Of a stretch of DNA of 64,000 bases, positions 1 to 13,479 are shown piece after piece (position 1 is the stretch's first letter; each line of letters starts with the position of its first letter). The notes under the pieces are model-generated. The model made no database searches. It had not been told where the DNA came from and saw only the letters and a list, made by a program, of their open reading frames with translations. Source of the DNA: Lingula anatina (lineage: Eukaryota > Animalia > Brachiopoda). The DNA lies in contig CM120649.1 in assembly GCA_051362555.1 (NCBI GenBank), positions 15,948,567 through 16,012,566 on the forward strand, given 5' to 3'. Made by a program: the position numbers and the translations under genes.

Positions 1-1167
1 CATCGGCGATCACAATGGTTTGATCACGTTTTATTTGTCCTGAAAATAATTGCATTCATTCAACTGTTTGTTGTTAACTTATTGCACTCTTAAGATGCTT
101 CACTATCAGTGTTGTGTGTAACATTGCTGCATTGTTGTTGTTGTTGTTGTTGTTGTGGCTTTTTGATGTGGTGTTTAAGGTTGTCATGTTAGTACTGCTT
201 GATGCATGCCATGTACGTGAATGCTGTGTTGAAAATAACCGTATTAGAGCTTGTAATTGTTCCCTTCACTAACATGCAGATATGAATATTAACTTATTAA
301 GCTAAGCTTATAGCCCACTGCTTAGAAAAATATTTACAGCACTGGAAAGCTCTTGCTACAAGTAGTTGTGCACCAAATTATAGCCTCTGTCAAATATATA
401 CGCTTTTTGTACTTTGTCATCCTTTTAACATACTGTATAATGTTGCTTCTGTCACTGCTGAATCAATGCAAGTTGTAGTAATTTAGTCATATGTTAATTG
501 TAAATGTCTGCTTAGAAATGCTGTATTGTCCGACTGACCCTCAGATAAGCTCAGTTTCAGCAGGGAAGACTTTATCTTCCATGTTTCACTTTTAATGGAG
601 GTCACTTTCTAGCTGTCACTTTAAGGTTGCCATCATGGGCTTAAGATTTTGGAGCTATGTTTTCTCATTATTTATTTTTATTTGTTAATATATTTAGGAG
701 AGGGGGCAGTTTGCACTGTCCATAACAGATTTTTTACAAAATTGTAACTTTATCAGGCAAATGATTTTATTTATCAACTTTTACAAAAATTTTTTACATC
801 TTTTTAAAATCTTTTTTAGATTACTTTTTTGTTTTCAAATTTGTTTTTTCACTCAGATAAATATAGAATCATTTTTTCCCATAGAATGTAGAATATTTTG
901 ACTGGGTCCATGATGGCTGCTGTCTGTATGTGTTGGTAGTAAATAGAGTGTAAAATTGAGAAGGTGACCTTCAATTAATGCATTTCATTTTCATGGCCCA
1001 TATGTATTCCTTAATACCCAGCACTGAGTGCCAAAGGAAATAATGGGCATACCATGGATTTAAATTGTATCTTAGAAGTTGTGTTTATTTAAATTTTTCA
1101 TACGATAAAGGGGACTTTGTTTGGAAACTAGAAAATTAAAAATTGATCTTAGAGTTAAACCAATTTC

Positions 1168-1170
1168 ATT

Positions 1171-1229
<59 letters not shown>

Positions 1230-1230
1230 T
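1168..1230. repeat. (ATTT)n microsatellite
   Basis: Read directly. Similar tracts: (ATTT)n ~26546-26592 and (TAAA)n ~27313-27352. Confidence 0.95.
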
Positions 1231-1596
1231 ATTTGAGGGGGGTGCTCTCTGAAGCACATTTTGGCAATAATGCAGTTTGTAATTCGTAGGTAATTTGCAA
1301 AATTGATTCACATCACCACTTTTTTTTAAATATAACTTATTAACAAACATTAATTCAGTTTGAAAAGAAAATTTGACCAAAGCATCCCTTTTAATCCCTG
1401 GTATGCATCTCAAATTTTAAAAAAGTCATGAACACCATTTTGCAAAAAAAGATTCGGAGATTTTCTTTCCGAGAGGTATTTCCTAGAAATATTACCAGGG
1501 GATATATGTGGGCCATTCTTGCAATACGACTCTTCATTCTCTGGACAGTACAGTTGATAAAAGTGACACATGGTGTGTTTGTGTTGTGAATTGCAG

Positions 1597-2318
1597 CCGT
1601 CTCCAACCCCTTAGGTACGCCGCCATCTGATGGCCGAGTATTTGTGGAGGCGAACAGTAAGTGATGGTTTGCAAAATCATATTAATATTATTAATACACA
1701 TTTAATAGTTTTTTTTTTTTTAGTATTATCGTTTTTTTTTTAAACGATGCTGATTGTAATAATCTCAATTTTGCTACGTACCTGCAGTGGAAAGGATGCC
1801 CAGTTAAATGGGATGGGATAATTTTGGTCACTATTCGTTAAATGAAGAACCAGACAATTAATTTGGCAATTATCACAAAATGACTTTGTTGAAGCTAATA
1901 ATATGTGATTTAGAAATAATTTTTACAGATTATTGTGACATAATGATATTATTAGTACTGGGGACAATGAAAAATTTTAAAAAATAAAAAGGTTCTTATT
2001 GTTTAGGATAAAATAAGGTTTTTGCCAAGTTGAAGTTGGACATTTTTGGCAACCAGCAATTGATCATTGAAAAAGAAAAACTGTACCATTAAAGTCGTTC
2101 ATAATAATATTATTGATAATAGTACTGTAATAATCTTAAAAAGCACAGTATATTAAAGTGATGTTAAGATTATATAACTTGAAGTTCATTATGAGATGAA
2201 ATAGGACACTTTTTTTTCATTTTTAAATGGATAAAAATCTTAACTGTCCATCAACCTCTGTATGTGGAAGATAACTGTAAATTATGGTTGGGGTTAAAAT
2301 ATGAACTTTTCTCTGAAT

Positions 2319-2349
<31 letters not shown>

Positions 2350-5300
2350 CTTCTTGTGTAAAAATAAATGCTGTTTGTCAAAAAATCTCCTCTAGAAATA
2401 AATTTGGAGGATTTTAAGTCTAGCTTGAAATGTCCAGCCTTTTCATTTTGTATAGTGGAAAGAATGCTTCCAAATGTCAAAATACCTAGTTTAGGAGGAT
2501 TCTGGGAGGGGGTTATAATCTTGTAATTCTTGATTATATGTGAGTGTGTGTGCTTACTTGTATCTGACTGCCTTGATTTTCAAATAATCTTCCAAGTTGG
2601 TTTTTCAAACAATCTTGGTTTTCATATAATTCTAATGACCCCGTGCCCAGTTCTTCACTAAAATTAAATCTTGATTATTTCCATCCTGAACATTTTAATG
2701 CCTTATAATTCTTCTATTGAACTTTTATTGATGCTCAGTGATTGTTTTTGTTTTAGTTATTTATCTTTTGTAATGTGATCTATTACTTTGTTTTTGTTAA
2801 TTTTTATGTACTTGAATATTGATGTCCATTTAATATTGTTTTCCTTTTTTCTTTGAATTACTGCATGGATTTCTATGCAGGCTGATATATCTTGCATTAA
2901 TTTATAATTTATATTGATTTTATTTTTATTTTTAGTATATTTTTTATTAATTTATATGAAAATCATTTATTAATTTGTATAAAAAATTCATAGAAAGAAT
3001 AAAATCATTTAACTCCTTTTAGAATTTGAGTTAATTCAATATATACTGCGCCTAAAATATGATGACCTTCTTAAATGTTTCCTCCAGACACAGGAGACTT
3101 CAGTTACCAGACCCCGCGGAACATGTTCGTGGAAGATCTCCTCAAGACACACTCTCTGCAGTCCACAGTATATGCAACCTACAATAACCAGTACAGCGAT
3201 TTTCTATGGCAACGAGAGTCAGGCTTGAAGATTAACATCTACGTGGATAACATACAAATTCTACCAACATTTACGGATACAAGTCATCTTAGTGACAACG
3301 CATACATGTACAAGAGTCCGCAACCAGGAGAGAAGGAAAAGTTTGCAAATATTGTGACAAAGTTTTGCAGGTAATTGGACAAAAGGGCACCTGTTTAGTG
3401 GTAAAGGGTGGTGCATGGTAGCTGATGACAAGCTCATAATGGTCCACGTTTTAGTTTTAATCACAAGCAGTTCTGTTTTAATGACCTACATACAGGATAC
3501 AGGTCATGATCATTGTTTTGACATACTTATTGATGTAGGCTGAATGACTTTTATATCGTTATAATCCTCATTCTGTTTCTAATTGATGTTTTAATTATTC
3601 TGTTCATTTAGATTTCTATAATATAAATGTGATTTAATCATTTCCAGTTTTGCATCAAATTGTCCTAAAAAATTGCTGAAGTTCAAAAATATAATAAAGT
3701 TCCTTCATTATATTATAGCATTTTTGGGGTCTGTTATAACATGTTTGCCTAAATTATTGCCGAGGAAAATGGCCCAGCTTACACTACATGTATGTTACTT
3801 CTCAACAGTTTCTGATTTGGACATCACACCAATTTACTTTCAGTTTATTTTCATTTGAGCAAAGATGTTGATTCTTTGCAGTCCTCTACTTCAGTTTTCT
3901 GAGATCCGTTTTTTATAGGCACCCAGTTCCAGATTTCTACAACCTCAGTCTGGAAATCTACAGAAGCCGCACGTCTGCTGTGACGGCGGTCGTCTGCGAC
4001 TCCAGCAACCCAGACAAGATACGCTGTCCCCAGCAATTCAAGAACGGAGAAACTTTTTACTACCGGAGTGTGAATAAGGATTGCCAGAGACGAGTAAGGC
4101 TTTGTTTTGAATGAGATATTTATAGACATATTTCCTGAGATAACATGTAAGCAAAACTGCCGGGATTAGAGGTGTACAAAGTGGTAGGTTAGTTCTGAGA
4201 CCTAACAACATATTTATAATTTTTTCCTTATTAAAAATGTTAGATTCTATAGATTTTCTACCGCTATAGATGGATAATGTAGGTTTATAGTTTTTTACTT
4301 ATTGCCATTAGATGTGTAGATTTTTACAGAATTAGAGGTGCTGATTTTCCGTTTTATTTAATAATTTTTTTTTTTTTTTCAAATTTCTTTGATGCTGCTC
4401 CCATAGTGAAGCAGTATTTTTTCATGTTTTCATATTGTTTTCAGAGTTTAGAATCAGCATAAGTTGAGTTTATCACATCTGTGTGTAGAATGTTTTAGCT
4501 TTCAATTGTGGAGGATGAAGATATGCGATTATTCATTTTTTCAGTTTTGTTAGTTTGAAAATTTATCCAAACCATTGAAATATAATGCAAAATGTCAAGA
4601 TTAATTCCAAGTTGGAAAGTTGGAACAAAAAAAAAGAAAAAAAAAAGAAATCATCTGAAGTCAGTTAATAAACTCAACTTCTGCTTCTTTGGAATGATTT
4701 TAATCATTTTTCCAATTTAACACCTTGTTTTGAAGGCATTTCGCTTGAATGACCCATATTGCATTTTAAGAGCATGCTTAACTAAAGCATGGAGTTATTG
4801 CAAAAAAATGAATTCTCTAGATTAGTCCATTGTTTGCTAATTAGTCTTATAAGATGAATTTTCATTGAGTATTTCTTCAGTTATTTTCTATCAGTTAACA
4901 AGTTATTGATTAATGTATTAACAAAATCTTATGATTACAGGCCAGATAAATTTTTCCATACTTTAAGTTAATAGTGTTCTTTAAGATTCTTTTTTATTTC
5001 ATTTTCTTTTACAATATTTTGTTTAGGTATATATTATTTTGAGTTTACATTTTCGTTCATTTAGTTTCTGTGATAGCAAAGACCACTTTCTGTTTATTAT
5101 TTTTATTTTATAATTATTTTATTTTATTTACTTTTTCCTTTTGAACTATTTGCTCTAAATATGCACCAACTGAGGAAGGAGATGTTTTCTTCAGTTATCA
5201 ATAAACACAAAATGATGTTGACTCTTTTGCATAAACATGCAGCAAATGTTATGATCTAATTTGAAATTATCTTTGATTTCCAAAAGAGCTGAAATATATC

Positions 5301-6762
5301 ATAATAGGTAATTGGAAATTTCATATATAATTATTTTAGATTGGTAGCATTTTAAATATTTCAAAATCATTTTTGTTAAGTTATCCAACATGTTGTCATT
5401 GCATGACAATTTAGCAGTACTAATAAAGAAAATGGGCCACTCCCCCCTCTCACATAAAAACCAAGTTTCCACTTTGTTGATCATAATATTTAAAAAAAAG
5501 TGGTATAAAGACAATCCAACAGCAAAAAACTGTAACTGGTTCTGTTTGGCACCTTTAAGTCAAGTAAAATTATCTAAAATAATTAGCTGAATTGGTAGAA
5601 ATTGACTCTACTTTTATCTTCTGCATTTCACTGTCTTATAAAATACATATGACAAAAGTATTATTGGACAGGGTATAAAACCACAAATTTCAGCCCTTAA
5701 ATTTTCAGGTATGCAAGTTTTAATACCTTGAAACTTGTATTATGTCAGCCTTTCCAAAGTATTATTTCTAAAAGTATTATTTCTTAAATAAATTCAATGG
5801 CGTTTATTCAGAAGAGTCAACTCGGGAGCATGGTAGTAGTTTCGTCTTTTTGGCACTAACAAGACATTTCTTCGTTTTCATTCTCAGGTCCTCGTGGTAA
5901 GCCACACACTGTTCGTTCATGCATGCATGCGCCATATTATGCGGGGAATGGGTTTGGTTTTGGTTGTCGTTGTTTTATTTAACCGGGCAATTTTGGTTTC
6001 TGTTGTTTTGCCACTTGCTATACTAACCCACTTGTAGAATGTTTTTCAAACCAACTACTGCATTTGTTTCCCCACGAATCAACCGAAATAAAAACATGTC
6101 ACCTGTTCATATTTTAATTTAATTATTTATAGAGTGTCATCCAAAGTATCGAGGTATTAGTATCAGTTCATCAAACAACAGGTGCACTGGCACAGGCATA
6201 TGCTTTGATGGGTAGAAGTTGAATTTTTTTTTGGCCAGTCATGAATCATGTGGTCAGATTATTGCCAGCACAGTTAGGGACCTCCTGGTTGAATGGATAG
6301 TTGTAGCTGTGTTGAGGTGGCCTACTGCTGAGCTGGTGACAGATTGATCACTACTTATGGCTAATAAGATCAAGTAATAGGTTTTACTGAATTTATTAAT
6401 TTCTCTTGTGTGAACTGCGTATACTATTTGAACCAAGGTATTGAAATCTGATTTTATTCCAAATGACTTCAATATGTTGCAAGTTTGTCAAAAATGTTGG
6501 ATACCTTCAGTGCATGTGCATCAAATTGTGTTTTGTTGATAAATCATCGGTGCCCTTTTAATGTGCTTGTACCAACTATTTTGATAGTATGTATATTTAA
6601 AGTTCCTTTTAAAAAATTTAAAGCACACAGTTCTGACTTCATTCCAATTGTTAAAATTTTTCATTTTAGTATGTTATAAGAGGCCTTAGCATATAACAAT
6701 CTGATAACAGTGTCTTATGACTGGGTATTTTCAATTTAAATGGTGTTTCAATATCTATTACT

Positions 6763-6797
<35 letters not shown>

Positions 6798-9700
6798 ATG
6801 CCGGGTGGTTTCACTATTACCAAAACACATGTGATCTTCACTTTTGATGTGGATTTTGCATCCTGTGTCAGCCAATCAAATGTTTTGCTTAACTCTGTTG
6901 CAAACTCGGCACATTTTATGGCCAATCAAAATCTTTGGATTTTCCCCTTTTGTTGCAGAATTTGCAAAAAATTATTATCCGTCCTATATAATTGTTCTAT
7001 TTTTGCTAAGTATTGGGCATTCTGAAATTCTGTTTTTACTGTTGTTAAAAATGATTTGTGATATATATTGAGATTTGTACAAAAAGTTATTTTAGATGGG
7101 CTACAAATGCAGTAGATGTTTTAGCAAATTACGATGGAGTTTGATATCTTGGCAGATAAAGCAAACAGTTTTACCCTTTTTTTTCAACAAATATATCAAT
7201 AATTTTGAACATATGAAGAAATAGCTACGTGGGGAAAGTTTATACTTCTGCACAATCAGTCACTTGAAGTACCTGATATTCTTTAATATTTTATAATGCA
7301 ACTGCTATAGGCTGTAGGAGCATTATAAGTATAATGCATGAACAGGCTCTAGTTTGTTTACTGGAAAGCTGCTTTTAAAATGTCTTTTGCAAGATTTTGA
7401 GGTGTGTTGTATGCCAAGATACCAAATGTGTAGCATTCATAGTTTTCACATACCTCCTGATTGAAGGTGGAAGTGGTTTACCCTCCCCCCCCCCCCCCCC
7501 TTTGCTATACCCACTGGTCTCTCTAAACACCCCCTGCACTGCTAATATCACTCTCATGCTGGTTTTGTCATTGATCAGCCAAGCATTGGATTATTGGCTC
7601 ATTGATTGATTGAATGATTGATAAGATGACCATATGTAGTTGACTATTTTATTGTTTTATTGGCTGATTGATGAAATAGTCAACTGATAAATCTGTTGAT
7701 TGACTGATTGATTGAATTGTTGTTAAAATGGTTAATTTGTTCAATTGGCAGTGTGAATGATAAACCAATCGATTGATTAATTGGTTGATTTGTGAGCTCA
7801 TAGTAGATCTTGACTTTGGATATCATGCTGCCATTAATTAGATAAATCTCTATTTTTGCATATCACTACAAGTAACATTGTTATAATTGATTAATGTGTT
7901 TAAAGTTTTTAAAATCATTAGTGGAAGGTTTATTTCTTAAATTTTGAATCCTTAATGATATATTTAATATGGCTCAAAGGCATGATTCATCCTTTTTAAG
8001 AAATGGAATTCATATTATGTATATAAAAGGTTAAGTGAGGTAGAATTAGACAAACCTATATATTAAGTGTTAAAAAACAGATTTGTGAAGTGAAGCATAA
8101 AGTAGGGTTAAAATGTTAGTGCTTTTGGTATTTCTGAAGTCACATTGTGTGTTTTGTTGGTCTCACGAAGTGTTAGTTTAATCTGCTGCAGGGGCGGATT
8201 GAGGCCATCTACTGGGTCTTCCGGAAGACAGTCGAATTTTCAAGTTTACATTGATGGGTATCTAATTTTTTCTGTTGGAAGACGGTCAAAAATGGAGGAT
8301 GGACCAACAAAGATTATTTGGAAGACTGTCAGAAAATATCTCTGGATCCGCCCCTGTGTTGTATATGTTCACTATAGATAGGGCAAGTCAGCACTGGACA
8401 GTTTTGTCTGCAAACTGTCTGCAGCACTCTGCTTATTATAAGTTTTTGAAAAGTTTGTTGAATTTTATTTCTGTTTATAAAATTCATTTCTATTCCCTAA
8501 AAGGAACATCTACTGTCAAAAAAACTTGTCTATAAGATTTAAAGAAATCTGAATTTGGAGAACAAATTTTATCTATCAGTTATTGAAGAATTTTGATTAA
8601 AACGTGAAAGATAAATCCAATGAAAATATTTTTTAAAAAGTTGCACCAAAAGGCTTCATATTTTGATTACAACTTACTCATCAGCAATGATATTTGTTGT
8701 CTGCTTCTGCACTGCACCAGAGTTAGCTACTGGGTATCCATGTCCCTGGCCATGTTGTAATTCTCAGTCTGAGAAACCTGTATTAATGTATGAGTGTATG
8801 TTCAGTAACAGTATTGCGCACTGCAGTGTGTTGCAGTGTGGAGTGAACGTCTCCGTATCAGGATAACGACCATCTTCAGTAATTGTACTAGCTAATTGGA
8901 GACCACTGTGTTGTTCTCCTTCTAGCCCATGTTAAAAAATATTTGATAAAAGTTTAAAAGAAAAGAGCTAATCTTTTTTTTTTTTTTTCATTCTGAGACT
9001 TCCAGACAAGTATTAATCAACTGAATAAATTTGCATTATTAGGGGAAAGGGGTAATTTTTTTTTTTTTTTTTGGACATTTATCCAACAAAAAAGGAAACA
9101 ATTTAATATTTCTTCCCCCATGTCTTATAGGGCATCGCCCTCAAGGATAAACTGGCAGAGACAAACTCCAACAGCATCCTTTGTACTGTGGAAACTCCAC
9201 TGCTGACGAAGCTTTTTTCCAAGACTCTGAAGGACGACACGTTGGAGACGTTCCCACACTGGCAGTGTAGTCCCAAAGAGATGACCTGCCAGGCTTGTCT
9301 CAGCAGCAGGGCATGCGTCAGTAAGTATGAGGTCATGACCTTTGACCTACATTTATATTTATATTTACGTATCATTATAATCAGGTCAGGCATATTTCAC
9401 GGAAGAGAAGATTTGAAATATGTCCCAACCTGAGCTACATTTGTAGCTATTACGCATCAATTGAGACATATCTTAGTGAAAAAAAGTAAGTATAATGTCA
9501 TGTCCTCTGACCTGTCCTAATTGTGTCAAGGAGTGTGTAAGTATTATGTCATGAGCAGTGTGATTATTTACAGCTAAGGCACTCATATATTACAGATCAT
9601 ACATACAGTACATACATGTATCAGGTATAGATCATATTGCCAAGGATTTAGTTGTCATATGATGGATTACATGATTGTATTGTACGTTCCTTTTTGGACA

Positions 9701-12700
9701 CTGTGGAGTGTGGGTGAATTATATGGTGAATTAACTCTGACCTTTATGACCTACATATATGGTCTTTGAACTTAATTGACCTCTGATCTACATAAATATT
9801 TAAGGTTATCATATTCATTGGTCCTTTTTCCGTCCTGATATTACTCTAACAATTGGATTACTTCTAGATTGCCACCATTGATATGACTTATGATATTTAA
9901 TTTAAACTGCTGGATGTTTATCACATGACTCTTCCCACCATGTCCCAGAATATTCACTGACAAAAAATTTCTGGACGAGATATTTTTCAGTGTTAAATGT
10001 TGTATTTAACCACAGTTGCATATGATTATTAACACTTGTATGTCTGTGCTTCTTTACGCCACTTATGATATTCATGAAGTACTTGGATTTCAAACTGCAC
10101 CATTCTAATAAATGTACAATTAATTAATATGACAGTCTGATTTATCTTTTACTATTGTTACTGTCATTATTATTATTTTATTTCTTTGTGCATGAAGTAT
10201 TGGTAACTGTGGTTGAGTAAATATGTTATATACATAGATATAGATGGAGTAACAGTAATTTCTTTATTATTTTGTGCATAAAGTTCTAGAAGACTGAGTG
10301 GAACTTTACAGCACAAAATGGGAAGATGCCTGCTTTGATTGCCATTTTTCAATAGACATTGTCATGTGCATTCTTGTATAATTTCTGTTTTTAGGAAGAT
10401 CTTTAGTGTATTTAATGGGTAAAGGTGGGTGTTGTCAAAAGGAAATCTGTGTTCTTCAACTTTTATTCAAATAGAACATGCTATGGTTATACTCATTATA
10501 TCTTTCATTTTCCAAACCCTTTTACTCTTTTTTTTTCTTTAAAAAAACAGAAAAAAAATCAAAACAGATTTATTAACCCTTTATCACTCATTGCTGCATT
10601 TTGTAGCATACATGCAGTTCCAATTGACAGTTGGTTTTTAGAGCATGGGTGAAAAGGGTTAATCTGAAGTTTAAAAAATCAGTTAATTATTATGATAGTA
10701 GCCCTGACCTTGTGTATTTTAACATAGATGTTGATGTGCGAGTGCATTTTTGGTATTTTAAATCTATTTTTCGTTTATTAATTTTTCAGTAATTAATATG
10801 ACCTAGATACAGGCTGTTTTACTTAGACATGGGGTGTTGTTTAGAATGCCTGAGCCACGGACAAGATTATTTACAAGCTTTTTCTTGTTTATTTGATATG
10901 TTTATATACAGATTCTGAAGTAATTTATAAGCAATCCATCAGCTTTTAATGTGGTTTGTGAAACAATGCCACAGTAGCTACCTTACTTACTCTTTGGACT
11001 ATTCTTTTTAATGAGAGATTGGTAATCACTTTTTGGTAACAACAAAAACTATAAACTTCTGTAAGGTTTTGTTGTTAATGTAACAGTTAATAACCAGATT
11101 GAGTTTGATTTGTCAGAAACAGTGTTTAACATTTTAAGGTCAACATTATTGTCATTGTATCTCTGTACCTCGCACTTGGGTTTACTGAAGAATTAAGAAT
11201 ATTTGAATAAGAAAAATGTTTTTAATTCAAATATTCTTAATTCTTCAGTAAGTTCCATTATATTGAATGTTAACTTTTTTTAGAAAATTCTAAACACTGT
11301 TTAAAGCATTTATGAAGAATTTGATAACATTTAATGAAGTTCATGGATGAGAATTGTCAGTCTGGTTTTATATGATTATTTCAGAATGCACATTACTTGG
11401 ACAAATTGCTTTTTTGTTTGCATAATGTTTACTAACCCACTTTAAACATTAGAGGAAAATAGTGGTTGAATGATCATTCCATGTTCTTAGGCCCTTTTCA
11501 TGTCAAGCTATATATTTACCTAGACCAGTCCACTTTGAGAGGTCCTAATATAATGTATACTTTACATGAGATTTTAGCAACTTCTGTGCAAGTTCACGTA
11601 TTTAATGAAAAAATAATTAGTAAGTTGTATGGAGTAGGCGGGGCTCAATTCAGGAAACTTTCTTAGATATTGGCCAGGTAATAAAGTACCACTATTCTCT
11701 TGAATTGGACCGGTTCAGATACTGGTACGTAAATATACTGCTCAAAGTGAATGGGGCCTAATACTCATTGAATGCTGATGAATCTTCACTTTGATCTCTC
11801 ATGCTATTGAACTGATTGTCTTACTGTGATTGTCATTCCAGGCAGTGGATTGAACCAGTCTTGTTGTGCCACAGACTGCTTGAATACAAAGGAGTGCAAG
11901 TTTGTCTACCAGCCTCTCTGTGCTAACAAATCTGTCATCTGTTCTACAGGTACAAATGTAATTTTATTATTTTATGACAGAAGGCTAATTCTCTAAAATC
12001 AAGTACCAGTAATTTATGCAATATGTCAAAACAATATGTTTTATTTACATTTAGAATTATTTGAGAGTGGTATGATGGATTTTTTAATAAGTAACTTTTT
12101 AAAGTAAAAAATGAAATATTAGAGAAAGTGAATTGTTTGAAACTTGTATTACTAACTCAGATATAGTAAGTGTACTGTTATAATAGCCTGATAAGTGTGT
12201 AATTTTGCTTACTTCTAGGTGACACTGTACAATTCACTCTGCATCCAATGTTCAATAACATATCCAGTCAATTCATGTGTCACTTACGCTACGTGCCTCC
12301 CCCTATGTATCTATATCGTGTCCGTTACCGTATGCACATCGACAACTTCGACACCCCATTTTCTACGGAGCAGGAAATTTACAACATCACAGCCTCTAAT
12401 ATTCATGAGCACAACAATGGAAGTAATCACATCGGTTTTCTTGATGTATCCCATAATACTAAGTTCCAGTTAAAAGACGAGATGATGATGGTCGGTGACA
12501 TGAATGCTGCCGCCCGCGACTACCAGCTTTCTCTACACCAGTTTAAAGATGTTGGGGAATTCGATAAAGGAAAATTCCAGGTGTTTAGCTTTTCGGACAG
12601 CATCTTCACAACATCGTTGACGCCTGAGCGACCCTTCCAAGTAAGCTCAGTGAGCTGGAATAACCAGGAAGGCTGCTGGAGAAATATTTCGACACTCCAC

Positions 12701-13448
12701 AAGAAGCAGAAGATGTACAAGAAACATGGAGTTACTGTGAACTACACTAAGATGAACACAGACGGCACATACAAATATATCTTGTCTCCCAAAATATATG
12801 GACCAGAAATATCTGTCTCTATTCCAGGTGAGCAAATAAATGGTTGAAAGTTTTGTTAATTGATACACCTGTATATGTATCAGTATTACATTCATTAAAA
12901 TTATCTGGAGGAATTGGGGGAATTTAGAATAAAGCCATATATAGTGTCTCTATAAACAGGAAACCAATCTTAATGCTATCAACTTGTTTCTGTCAGTAAT
13001 AGTATCTCTGCTAGTGTGACAATTAAGGAACAGAATTGGTCTAAAAGCCCCTGGCCTGAAAAATTGTTAAAACTACAAACAACAAACTTTTTTTAATTTG
13101 CTGTCACACTATATTGAATTAAAACCTATTGCCATAGGTTTAATTAGCGAAAGTTGTTTTTTATTCAGATAAATGAAATTATGAATTATCAGACAATCTT
13201 GTATTTGACATTTTCCAGGGAACCGTTCTGTGTTGTACCATTACATGAAGCACGTACGGGCAGGGATTAGGTTTGACGATTCCTTTAAGACACATCTTGA
13301 ATTAAACACTACAACCAAAAAGTGGAATATGTCAATATCAGGTATGTGCAAGTGACTGTTTGAGCAAAGGAAAAACTTGAAAAAAAACTTGGATATGAAT
13401 TTCATTATAAAGTGCACCTTGATATTTTATTTGACTCGCTCTGTGTGT

Positions 13449-13479
<31 letters not shown>

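Noticed and set aside
3882-3918. Upstream acceptor ttgcag at 3881 for gene 1 exon 3
   Set aside because: It introduces an in-frame TAG at 3916-3918; the acceptor at 3918 keeps the frame open.
8827-8878. Exon-like segment (WSERLRIRITTIF) in the long gene 1 intron
   Set aside because: It ends in phase 1 or contains a stop in phase 0, which is incompatible with the flanking phase-0 exons.
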